A stretch of 63,748 bases of DNA from Minisyncoccota bacterium (GTDB lineage Bacteria > Patescibacteriota > Minisyncoccia > Phycocordibacterales > Phycocordibacteraceae), in assembly GCA_041665205.1 (NCBI GenBank), contig JBAYJI010000001.1, forward strand, positions 1-63,748. Direction: 5' to 3'. Positions 55,714 through 63,748 of the stretch are shown one piece after another. The notes below the pieces were generated by a model that saw nothing but the letters and a program-made list of their open reading frames with translations, ran no database searches and had not been told where the DNA came from. The position numbers and the translations under genes are program-made. Every line of letters begins with the position of its first letter. Position 1 is the first letter of the stretch.

Positions 55714-58700
55714 ATGACTCCTTCTCTCAACGAAAACTTAATCACCACGAAGGATGCCGGAGAGCTCTCTGGGTACAATCCTGACTATCTCGCACGTCTC
55801 GCACGTTCAGGAAAAATCTCCGGGAAGAGAATCGGTCACAGCTGGCTGATCGAGCGAGAGTCGCTCGATCAGTTTCTCGGTCAGCAGGGCGATCGCAAGA
55901 TTGATTACGCGCGCGCGCTTGCGCGCGCGCGAACAGAAGAGTATCAAGCGAACCGTGCTCCCTTGCGCCGCGTCGTGCGCACGTTGGCAAGGCCGGTACA
56001 GAGCCCACAGATCTCGCCGCTCACCACGCTTGTGGAGAGCTCCTTCCGTTCGCACGCGGTGGCGCTCGCGGTCGCCCTGCTTGTTGTGGGCACTGGGGCA
56101 GTCGGTGCGCGTGCCGCGGCGATCTCGCAGCTTGCAGGGGCGACCGCTTCGCTCATGCGCGAAGTCGCGTACGGGTTTGATGCGGCGTTCGGTGGCACTA
56201 CCTCTGGCATCAGGGCGAAGTTCGCTGAGGTGAATGACGCGATGCGTGCAGAGCGAGCGCGCGTTGCAGAAAATAATCTCGCCACATCTGCTCGCCTCGC
56301 CTCGCCAGAGATTCTCGCGTTTGATCTCGAGGCAACGCGCATGGTACTTACCAGCGAGCCTCGCGCTCATGTCGCATCTCGATTTGAAAGTCGGACATTG
56401 TCGGCATCGGCGAACACATCGATCGTCACGAGCGATGATCTTAAAACATTTGCACGCGACACGTACGCGCTCGCCACACATCCGTCGCGCATCGTGAGTA
56501 CCGTCGGCACGAGCGCCTACGGCGCGATCGGTGCGGCGCTTGCGGGCTATCGCACGCTCCTCGAACAGTCGGGGGTGCGGGCGCTCGCGCTCGGCGTCGC
56601 GACGCGCGACGCGCTCTCTCGTGCACCAGCTGCCAGCGCACGGCTCTCAGCGCAGACAGTACTCGCACTCGGCCAAGGCGTGATCGACGCGACGCATGCC
56701 CTGATCGCCGCTGACGTCAGCCTCGCCTACAGCACTGCCGCCGCGGCACCGGCGAGCGCTCGCGCGACGGTCGCACTAATCGGCTCTACTGGGGACGTGC
56801 TTGCAGGCGCGACCGCGCGCGTACCCGCCCTCGCTGCCGCAGCCTTCTTGCACACAACCGAGATCCCTGCCCGCGTCGCACCGGCAATCGCAGAGACGGT
56901 CTTCGAGGCAGAATACGCGGCCGCGACGCGTTTCGTCCCGCTTGCGCACGCACTCTCTCGCCAGTATCTCGCGCTTGTCCTCGGCACCGGTCGCCTCACC
57001 TACACAGCCACCGACCACACGCTCGCTCTCGCCGCTTCTGCAGGAGCGAGGCTCCCGCAAACGTTCTCGCAACCATGGAAGTCAGACTTCCATACTGTCG
57101 GCATTGCAATAGAAGACGCGTATCTCGGCGCACTCGGCAAGACAGCTGCTGCCATCGAATATGGAATATCGAATATCGAAAATAGAATCGATCACGTGCC
57201 GCAGGTGGCGGCAGCGCTCGCAGCGGTCGGACCCGCGCTCTCTGCGGGCGAGAGAGTGGCGCTCTCTACCTACGAGACTCTCCACGGCTTCTTCATCTCG
57301 ACGACAAGCGCACTTGCAGCGTTCTTCTCTACGACGCCTCCGCTCGTGCTCCCGACCGGCGTACCGAAAGCGCGTGTGATTACGGTCGCAACTTCAGCAA
57401 AACCTACCCCCTACAACCTACCCCCCACAACCTCGAATTCGTATCCCACCTACACCACCATAAACGGCGTTTCGCTTGACTACGTGAGTCAGTCGCTCGA
57501 CACGATGCGTAACAATATCCTCGCGACGGTCGCCGGCATGATCCAGCCGGTCGCGTACCAGACAGCGGGTAACTCGACGACGATCCAGTATGTGAGTATG
57601 ATGCAGGATCTCTCGGGTATCACGATTCGGGACGGCAGCTTCCGCGGGGGGACGTTCGACGGCGGTACCGTGTCGAACGGCATCTCGGTCTCGGCGACCG
57701 CCGGCACCTTCGGCAGTCTCGTCGCGACGAACGCGAACTTCACGAGTCTCACCGCGGGCGCGACGAGCCTCGCGACGACGACCATCACCGGCTCTCTCGC
57801 TGTCGGCACTAGCTCGCCGTGGGGGAATGGCCTCCTGACGGTCGGCACCTCGACGCCGCTCCTTCACATCAGCAGCAACACCGGTAACATCGGTATCGGG
57901 ACGTCAGTACCAGTAGCTCCTCTGCAAGTAAATGGCGGAGTATTTACTCCACTAGGTGGCGTTATCGGCACGACGGTATTTTCTCAATATTCCGGAATTG
58001 GAACATCTGGAATTATTACCCAAGGTGATGGACAGACTACAGGAGGAGGGATATTCGTTGCTACGGGAGATAATCAATGGTCCTCGAACCTTGAGTTTAT
58101 AAAATCTAGGACCAGTGATGGGCTGACAAACAAGGCCGTTCAATACGGCGACCAAATCGGTTTTATCGGTTTTAACGGTGATGACGGAACAACAGTGGCT
58201 CCAGCTAATGCATGGATGCAAGGCATTGTGGACGGAAGTGTTTCAACCGGAGTAGTCCCAATAGCAATTACGTTTAGTACTCAAAGTAACGGCGTGTTTC
58301 CTCCCACTGAAAGATTAAGGATTGCAAGTGATGGCAACGTCGGTATCGGCACCACATCGCCATTCGCACAGCTCTCGATCTCTAACTCCGCGACTACTGC
58401 CGCGAACACCCCACTCTTCACCATCGCCTCCACCACGAGCGGTCTCTCTACCACGACTCTCATGACCGTGCTCGCAAATGGGAATGTGGGCATCGGGACG
58501 ACGACGCCAGCATTTCCATTGGATATATTCAGCAGTACCGTAGCAGCTACAATAGACTTAACAGGGAGCGGACAAGGGGCAAACTTCCGCGCGACCCGTT
58601 ACTCTGATGACACCGTTGCCGCATTCCAGTCTCAACGTAAGGCAAGGGGTACTGCCTTAAATCCAGCCATCGTGCAGTCGGGAGATGTCGCCGGTAATCT

Positions 58701-61700
58701 TGCTTTCAACGGATATGACGGTTCTGCGTTTCGAGTACTCGCTACTGTTCAGGGAGTTGTCGATGGAACACCTGGTGCATCGGATATGCCCGGCCGCCTC
58801 GTGTTCAATACAACTGCCGATGGAGCATTTCTCGCATCAGAACGTATGCGTATCACAAGTGCCGGCTATGTCGGCATCGGGACGACGAGTCCGAGCCAAT
58901 TATTGAGCGTGCACGGCAACGGTCTCTTTTCGGGCGACATCTTCGCCGCCAACATCACCGCCACCGGCACACTCTCAGTGAGTACTATCACCGCCCCCGC
59001 TGCGCTCTCCATCTCGAGCACTGGCGCGGGCGACCTCACCCTCGATGCTGGTTCCGGCTCTATCAATATCGCTTCAGGCGACGACATTCTCGCCGTCGGC
59101 GCGAATTCAAATATCGGCTCGATTGGTGTTAAGTTCAACACCATTTATGCAGACACCATTTCAGCGACCACGCTCGTCGGCGTGGTGGTCGGCGGTGTGA
59201 CCAACTCCGCCGATTGGGTTATCAATAATGATAACGCTTCCGACGACACCGAGCCGATGACGCTCGCCTTCGAACGCGGCACGGTGACACCAAATGCGCT
59301 ACTCACCTGGAACTCCGCCGATTCTGCGAAGCGCTTCGAATTCAACCAGCCACTCTTCATTCAGGACGTCTCCGCCTCCGCCGCCTACACTCTCGACGTC
59401 TCCGGTCTCGGCCACTTCACCGGCCTCGTCGATGCTTCGTATTTTGTGGCGACGACGACCACCGCAACGAGTACATTCGCAGGTGGGCTCACTGTCGGTA
59501 CCAGTCAATTGGTGGTTCAGCACAGCACCGGCAACGTCGGTATCGGTACGACGACGCCATGGGCGCAGCTCTCCATCAACCCGAACGGCATCACGGGTCC
59601 GGCATTTGCGATCGGTTCCTCCACCGTCACGAACTTCGTTGTGACGAACGGCGGTAAGGTCGGGATTGGGACGAGCCCCTCCACCAACGATTTGTTGACA
59701 ATTTCCGGAAACGGCAATAATGCCTATGTTCAACTCATAAGCACAGACGGAACGGATACTGGCATAGGTATTACTTCAGGCAGCGGTCAAACATCGTATG
59801 TTTATGTCGGAGGCAACAACCAGTCGGATCTTCGGTTTTGGACAAATGGGGGAGACCGCATGATGATAAATGCCGACGGCAATGTTGGCATCGGGACGAC
59901 ATCACCGTACGCGCAACTCTCCATCTCTAATTCTGCAACCACCGCCGCGAACACCCCACTCTTCACCATCGCCTCCACCACGAGTGGTCTCTCTACCACG
60001 ACTCTCATGACCGTGCTCGCAAATGGGAATGTGGGAATCGGGACGACGAGTCCGACAAATACACTCGGAGTGAACGGATTCATCGACACTGGCCCCACCT
60101 TCGGCTACAAGCAGAATAACAACCTAATCCTGTATGCATCCAGCACCATCTCATCAGTATTTGGCGGGCAAGGTGCGGGTGCGAGAGTGATTGCGAACGC
60201 AACTTCCAGCTCCGTAACTTCTGGTATCTATGCCACCGCCTTTGGGCATCTAGCACTCGGTAATGCAACATCATCAGCGTATGGAAGCACCGCCGTCGGC
60301 TACAGGGCGCTTCAAAGTAGTGCGACAGGGGGTGGAACCGCCGGAGAAAACACAGCAGTTGGTGCTTGGGCACTCTACCAAAATACGAGCGGGTACGACA
60401 ATACCGCTAACGGTCTGCTAGCTCTTCAGAGTAACACCACGGGTAGCTACAACAACGCATTTGGTACTTGGGCACTCTCATCAAATACCACGGGTCTCTC
60501 CTCTGTTGCTAACGGCACGAGTGCTCTCTTCTACAGTAACGGAGACTTTAATTCAGGTTTTGGAAATGACACCGGTTACAATCCGGACAACGATATTGCT
60601 CAATACCGCATAGTTGACGACACGAACATGACATTTCTCGGTAATGGAGCTACAAAAGACAACGCATCAACTCTCACAAATGGTACTGCCCTTGGCAATG
60701 GCGCCCATGTTCTAGCAAGTAATCAGGTCGTGTTAGGTAATGATAACGTTACAACTACGCTACTTAAAGGCAGCGTCGGCATCGGGACGACGAGTCCGTC
60801 CTCGCTCCTCTCACTTTCAAACTCCGCCTCCACTCCCATCGACACCCCGCTCTTCACGATTGCTTCGACGACAGGCGGCACCTCGACCTCGACACTCATG
60901 ACCGTGCTGGCAAATGGGAATGTGGGCATTGGGACGAATGCCCCGACCAACCTTCTGGGTCTGTATAGCAGTACCGCTGCGACAGCTGCAATAACGGGTG
61001 ACGGAGGGACATCATCTCTTAACATCTATCGTTACTCGAATGACACTTCAAGCAGCGCGTCTATAAAGCAATATGCAGCCCGGGGAAGTCTTGCGTCACC
61101 GAGCGTAGTTGTTGAGGGTGACTCGATCGGGAACAATCAATACTACGGCTATGACGGCGGAGGTTTCCGTGTCCTTGCTACAATATCCCCGCTCGCTGGC
61201 ATTGTTAATGGTGTAAACGATTTCTCCGGCATTCTTACGTTCAAAACGCGCCCTACTGGTGTCGGGGCGAGCAATCTCGAGCGAATGCGTATTGATTCCA
61301 ACGGGAACGTCGGGATCGGGACGACGAGTCCGTATTCGCTCTTGAGCGTGCAGGGCAATAGTTATGTGAGTGGCACAAGCTTCTTCGGCGGGGCAGTCAC
61401 CGCAACATCAACACTCACACTCACCGCACTCGGCACACCGGCAGGCAGCATGCTCGCGGTTGATGCAACCGGCAAGTTCATCGCGACCTCGACTGTCTCG
61501 GTCGCGAATCTCGCCCTCGCGAAAGGCAACTTCCTCGTCGGCGATGATGCGGGCGTTGCGCGGGCAACCTCCTCTATCTTCATCTCTTCTGCGGGCTACG
61601 TCGGCATCGGGACGACGACGCCGACAGAGAAGTTGGATATCAATAACGGGGCGGTGGGTACAGTACAAGGGGCATTGAGAATAGAAGGGACGCTGAACGC

Positions 61701-63748
61701 GGCAGACACGGGACACTCTATTGATTTCTTTGCTGGTTCGGCAAACACTGGTGCAGCGGCAAATGCTTACGCGCGAATTGCAGGAGTTACTGATTCTGGT
61801 GGCGTGGGCGGGGTATTGGCACTCTACACAAACAGTGGACTTGGAGCAGTCGCGTCAGTTGAAAGAATGAGAATAGATAGACAAGGCAACGTCGGCATCG
61901 GGACGACCACTCCAGGTGCAAAACTCGCCATCAACCTCCCCGCCACCGGTCTCGGCATGTATCTCGCAGGATACGCCAGTGGGACAGGGGCACTCTTCAG
62001 CATCAGCACCTCCACCGCCTCCGCCACCACCACGGCATTTCAGATTGATAACAATGGGAAGGTGTCAGTCGGTTCTGGCACCGCCACTCTTGATTTCAAT
62101 GTGCAAGGGCAGTCCTATTTCAGCGGCAACGTCGGCATCGGGACGACGAGTCCGGCATACAAACTGGATGTCGCCGGATTCATCAACACCGACCAGTTCA
62201 GCGGGTATAAGCAGGCGGGGAATACGATTTTGTATGCGTCATCAACATCATTCACCACTTTCGGCGGTATCAACGCAGGGACGGGAATAATAGGTGGTGC
62301 AAGTGTGGCAAACGTCTACTCGACTGCCTTTGGGTACAACGCCATGCAAAACGCGACAACCTCTCAAGTATCAAGTACGGCGTTTGGGTACAACGCATTG
62401 AAAGGCAGTGCAACGATAAGTAACACTGGCGGGAATAGCGCGTTTGGATACAATACATTGACTAGCATCACTTCAGGGAGTAACAACTCCGCGTTCGGCA
62501 GTAGTGCTCTCGGTGTAAACACATCAGGGGCCGACAACAATGCGTTCGGTAGAGTTGCACTCCAACTAAACACCACTGGCACTACTAATAATGCCTTCGG
62601 TGAATATACGCTTCAGTTAAATACGTCAGGTACTTCCAACTCGGCGTTCGGTCACGCGGCTTGTGCTGGCAACACGACGGGTGCTGGCAACAACTGTGTT
62701 GGTAATTATTCACTGCGATACAATAACGGCTCGAACAACGTGGCGAACGGCAGTCTTGCAGGGCTAGGATTAACCAACGCGATAAATGACTACAACTCTC
62801 TTAGCGACAGCAACATGACCTTTATCGGTGCTTTATCCTCTCGTGACGGAAGCGTAGTCGCTTCGACAACCTCACTCACAAACGGGACGGCAATTGGCTA
62901 CGGTTCGCAGGTCGGTGCCTCAAATTCCCTCGTGCTTGGTGGGTTGTACGCAAATGCGGTCAAGGTCGGCGTGGGTACCTCGACTCCTTATGCAAAGCTA
63001 TCTATCCACGCGGTATCCGGCGAGACGAACACGACACTCTTTGCGATTGCCTCATCTACCGCGAGTGCGACGACGACACTCTTTTCTATCTTGAATACGG
63101 GTAACGTGGGCATCGGGACGACGAGTCCGGCAGTTGCGCTTGATGTCTCCAGCACTGATACCACAAACGGGCAACTTCGACTCGAGAATGGCGGTGCGTA
63201 TACGTCGTTTATTGTAGAGGCAGACGGCTCTTTGTTTATCAAACCGAATAACGCGGCGACCTTTTTTGGGGCATACAATTCCGTGAGCTCCGTTCGTATT
63301 CTGAACAACATTCAGGTAAATAGCAATGTGAGTTCATACTTCAACGGCACAGGTAATCTTGGGATTGGGACGACGAGTCCGTATGCAAAGTTATCAGTTT
63401 CAGCACTAAATCCGACTGCGCCGCTCTTCGCGGTTGATTACGGAACGGGTACAGCCACCTCGTCAGCACTGTATATTTCAAGTAGCGGTAACGTCGGCAT
63501 CGGGACGACGAGTCCCGGCTCGATCCTCTCCATCCAAGGCGTCGCCAACTTCACCACCGGTACTACCACCTTCTACGGCAATGGCATCAACATCCCTGCG
63601 AGTCAGTGTTACGCCGTCGGTGGGACGTGTCTCTCGAGTGGTGGGGGTGCGGCCGCGGGCATTGCTGGCGCTGTCCAATTTTCTGACGGAGCTACGTTTG
63701 CCAGTGACACACTTTTCTTCTGGAACAACACCACTAAGTCGCTCGGCA
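55714..63748 (+). CDS. Giant surface fibre protein, 5' part (>=2,678 codons, runs off the right edge): N-terminal HTH, single TM, Ala-rich region, then repetitive tail-fibre-like and YadA-head-like modules
   Basis: Frame 1 is open from ATG 55714 (in-frame TAG at 55693-55695 upstream) to the window end. Missing from the ORF track because it has no stop. HTH LITTKDAGELSGYNPDYLARLARSGKISGKRIGHSWLIERESL. TM AVALAVALLVVGTGAVGA (~56053-56109). 18 in-frame GNVGIGTTSP-type motifs. Confidence 0.85.
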   Translation, partial: MTPSLNENLITTKDAGELSGYNPDYLARLARSGKISGKRIGHSWLIERESLDQFLGQQGDRKIDYARALARARTEEYQANRAPLRRVVRTLARPVQSPQISPLTTLVESSFRSHAVALAVALLVVGTGAVGARAAAISQLAGATASLMREVAYGFDAAFGGTTSGIRAKFAEVNDAMRAERARVAENNLATSARLASPEILAFDLEATRMVLTSEPRAHVASRFESRTLSASANTSIVTSDDLKTFARDTYALATHPSRIVSTVGTSAYGAIGAALAGYRTLLEQSGVRALALGVATRDALSRAPAASARLSAQTVLALGQGVIDATHALIAADVSLAYSTAAAAPASARATVALIGSTGDVLAGATARVPALAAAAFLHTTEIPARVAPAIAETVFEAEYAAATRFVPLAHALSRQYLALVLGTGRLTYTATDHTLALAASAGARLPQTFSQPWKSDFHTVGIAIEDAYLGALGKTAAAIEYGISNIENRIDHVPQVAAALAAVGPALSAGERVALSTYETLHGFFISTTSALAAFFSTTPPLVLPTGVPKARVITVATSAKPTPYNLPPTTSNSYPTYTTINGVSLDYVSQSLDTMRNNILATVAGMIQPVAYQTAGNSTTIQYVSMMQDLSGITIRDGSFRGGTFDGGTVSNGISVSATAGTFGSLVATNANFTSLTAGATSLATTTITGSLAVGTSSPWGNGLLTVGTSTPLLHISSNTGNIGIGTSVPVAPLQVNGGVFTPLGGVIGTTVFSQYSGIGTSGIITQGDGQTTGGGIFVATGDNQWSSNLEFIKSRTSDGLTNKAVQYGDQIGFIGFNGDDGTTVAPANAWMQGIVDGSVSTGVVPIAITFSTQSNGVFPPTERLRIASDGNVGIGTTSPFAQLSISNSATTAANTPLFTIASTTSGLSTTTLMTVLANGNVGIGTTTPAFPLDIFSSTVAATIDLTGSGQGANFRATRYSDDTVAAFQSQRKARGTALNPAIVQSGDVAGNLAFNGYDGSAFRVLATVQGVVDGTPGASDMPGRLVFNTTADGAFLASERMRITSAGYVGIGTTSPSQLLSVHGNGLFSGDIFAANITATGTLSVSTITAPAALSISSTGAGDLTLDAGSGSINIASGDDILAVGANSNIGSIGVKFNTIYADTISATTLVGVVVGGVTNSADWVINNDNASDDTEPMTLAFERGTVTPNALLTWNSADSAKRFEFNQPLFIQDVSASAAYTLDVSGLGHFTGLVDASYFVATTTTATSTFAGGLTVGTSQLVVQHSTGNVGIGTTTPWAQLSINPNGITGPAFAIGSSTVTNFVVTNGGKVGIGTSPSTNDLLTISGNGNNAYVQLISTDGTDTGIGITSGSGQTSYVYVGGNNQSDLRFWTNGGDRMMINADGNVGIGTTSPYAQLSISNSATTAANTPLFTIASTTSGLSTTTLMTVLANGNVGIGTTSPTNTLGVNGFIDTGPTFGYKQNNNLILYASSTISSVFGGQGAGARVIANATSSSVTSGIYATAFGHLALGNATSSAYGSTAVGYRALQSSATGGGTAGENTAVGAWALYQNTSGYDNTANGLLALQSNTTGSYNNAFGTWALSSNTTGLSSVANGTSALFYSNGDFNSGFGNDTGYNPDNDIAQYRIVDDTNMTFLGNGATKDNASTLTNGTALGNGAHVLASNQVVLGNDNVTTTLLKGSVGIGTTSPSSLLSLSNSASTPIDTPLFTIASTTGGTSTSTLMTVLANGNVGIGTNAPTNLLGLYSSTAATAAITGDGGTSSLNIYRYSNDTSSSASIKQYAARGSLASPSVVVEGDSIGNNQYYGYDGGGFRVLATISPLAGIVNGVNDFSGILTFKTRPTGVGASNLERMRIDSNGNVGIGTTSPYSLLSVQGNSYVSGTSFFGGAVTATSTLTLTALGTPAGSMLAVDATGKFIATSTVSVANLALAKGNFLVGDDAGVARATSSIFISSAGYVGIGTTTPTEKLDINNGAVGTVQGALRIEGTLNAADTGHSIDFFAGSANTGAAANAYARIAGVTDSGGVGGVLALYTNSGLGAVASVERMRIDRQGNVGIGTTTPGAKLAINLPATGLGMYLAGYASGTGALFSISTSTASATTTAFQIDNNGKVSVGSGTATLDFNVQGQSYFSGNVGIGTTSPAYKLDVAGFINTDQFSGYKQAGNTILYASSTSFTTFGGINAGTGIIGGASVANVYSTAFGYNAMQNATTSQVSSTAFGYNALKGSATISNTGGNSAFGYNTLTSITSGSNNSAFGSSALGVNTSGADNNAFGRVALQLNTTGTTNNAFGEYTLQLNTSGTSNSAFGHAACAGNTTGAGNNCVGNYSLRYNNGSNNVANGSLAGLGLTNAINDYNSLSDSNMTFIGALSSRDGSVVASTTSLTNGTAIGYGSQVGASNSLVLGGLYANAVKVGVGTSTPYAKLSIHAVSGETNTTLFAIASSTASATTTLFSILNTGNVGIGTTSPAVALDVSSTDTTNGQLRLENGGAYTSFIVEADGSLFIKPNNAATFFGAYNSVSSVRILNNIQVNSNVSSYFNGTGNLGIGTTSPYAKLSVSALNPTAPLFAVDYGTGTATSSALYISSSGNVGIGTTSPGSILSIQGVANFTTGTTTFYGNGINIPASQCYAVGGTCLSSGGGAAAGIAGAVQFSDGATFASDTLFFWNNTTKSLG
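58399..58503 (+). repeat. 105-nt segment nearly identical (2 mismatches) to 59944-60048
   Basis: GCCGCGAACACCCCACTCTTCACCATCGCCTCCACCACGAG[C/T]GGTCTCTCTACCACGACTCTCATGACCGTGCTCGCAAATGGGAATGTGGG[C/A]ATCGGGACGACG. Confidence 0.9.
59944..60048 (+). repeat. Second copy of the 105-nt near-identical segment
   Basis: See 58399-58503. The flanks are only loosely similar. A third, more diverged copy lies at ~60840-60940. Confidence 0.9.

Larger units (their letters stand above)
57883..63507 (+). repeat. Dispersed in-frame coding repeat G-N/Y-V-G-I-G-T-T-S/T-P (often preceded by ERMRI), 18 copies
   Basis: Motif starts at 57883, 58333, 58480, 58864, 59530, 59653, 59878, 60025, 60769, 60916, 61303, 61594, 61885, 62125, 62959, 63100, 63352 and 63487. 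All are congruent with 55714 modulo 3. Confidence 0.9.

Noticed and set aside
58399-60048. Diversity-generating retroelement (template/variable repeat pair)
   Set aside because: The two mismatches between the copies are C/T and C/A, not adenine-specific. No reverse transcriptase or accessory gene is in the window, and both copies are in-frame modules of the same gene.
57883-63507. Possible CRISPR array, because a ~30-nt sequence (GGCAACGTCGGCATCGGGACGACGAGTCCG) recurs many times
   Set aside because: Spacing is irregular (~120-750 nt), copies are degenerate at synonymous positions, all are in one reading frame encoding GNVGIGTTSP, and there are no cas genes. It is a protein repeat.
55742-63678. 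About 40 ORF-track entries (60-224 aa) on the minus strand and in plus frame 2 across 55.7-63.7 kb, including repeated peptides such as GLVVPIPTFPFASTVMRVVVERPLVVEAMVKSG
   Set aside because: They are shadows of the giant frame-1 gene. Their repeats are simply the reverse complement of the GNVGIGTT modules, none has start or stop context, and frame 1 is open through all of them.

Overview
High-GC, very gene-dense bacterial window with about 52 protein genes. I found no rRNA, tRNA, CRISPR array, transposase or integrase. All family calls come from motif recognition by eye, and start codons are my best choice, so they need HMM or BLAST confirmation.

The overall look suggests an uncultivated Patescibacteria/CPR-like genome, but this is inference, not proof. 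The signs are tiny intergenic gaps, many ATGA/TAATG stop-start overlaps, a T4 coupling-protein fragment next to a ComEA fusion, a Wzy_C-TPR protein and membrane-tethered HTH proteins. The housekeeping genes murB, secA, obg and gatB are also scattered among surface genes.

- **nt 2138-39623: cell-surface glycan locus (~37 kb).** It carries at least 12 glycosyltransferases (GT4 x5 plus a half-GT fusion, GT2, GT9, GT47-like, two GT39/GT-C and one unclassified GT-B-like protein) and six putative methyltransferases, one of them a B12-radical-SAM enzyme. It also has a GtrA/GT2/GT-C extracytoplasmic glycosylation module and an acyl-AMP ligase fusion.
- **nt 25678-37829: nonulosonic-acid pathway.** This is an apparently complete legionaminic/pseudaminic-type pathway with amidino-, formyl- and deacetylase-type tailoring enzymes. 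An MsbA/PglK-like ABC exporter follows it.
- **Right third of the window.** It holds a NYN nuclease gene, a Wzy_C-TPR protein, murB, an unannotated 26-codon Lys-rich ORF, secA, and a TrpR/YerC-like regulator flanked by copies of one palindrome. Then come a 1028-aa secreted LCAT-type lipase, obg, gatB and a small HTH-TM protein.
- **Most striking object: nt 55714 to the window end.** This gene is absent from the ORF track because it has no stop codon in the window. It is at least 2,678 codons long and encodes an N-terminal HTH, one TM helix and more than 2,000 aa of repetitive fibre modules.

Other recurring signals are -10-like hexamers 6-11 nt upstream of operon-first ATGs, which suggests leaderless mRNAs, and a family of perfect AT-rich palindromes.
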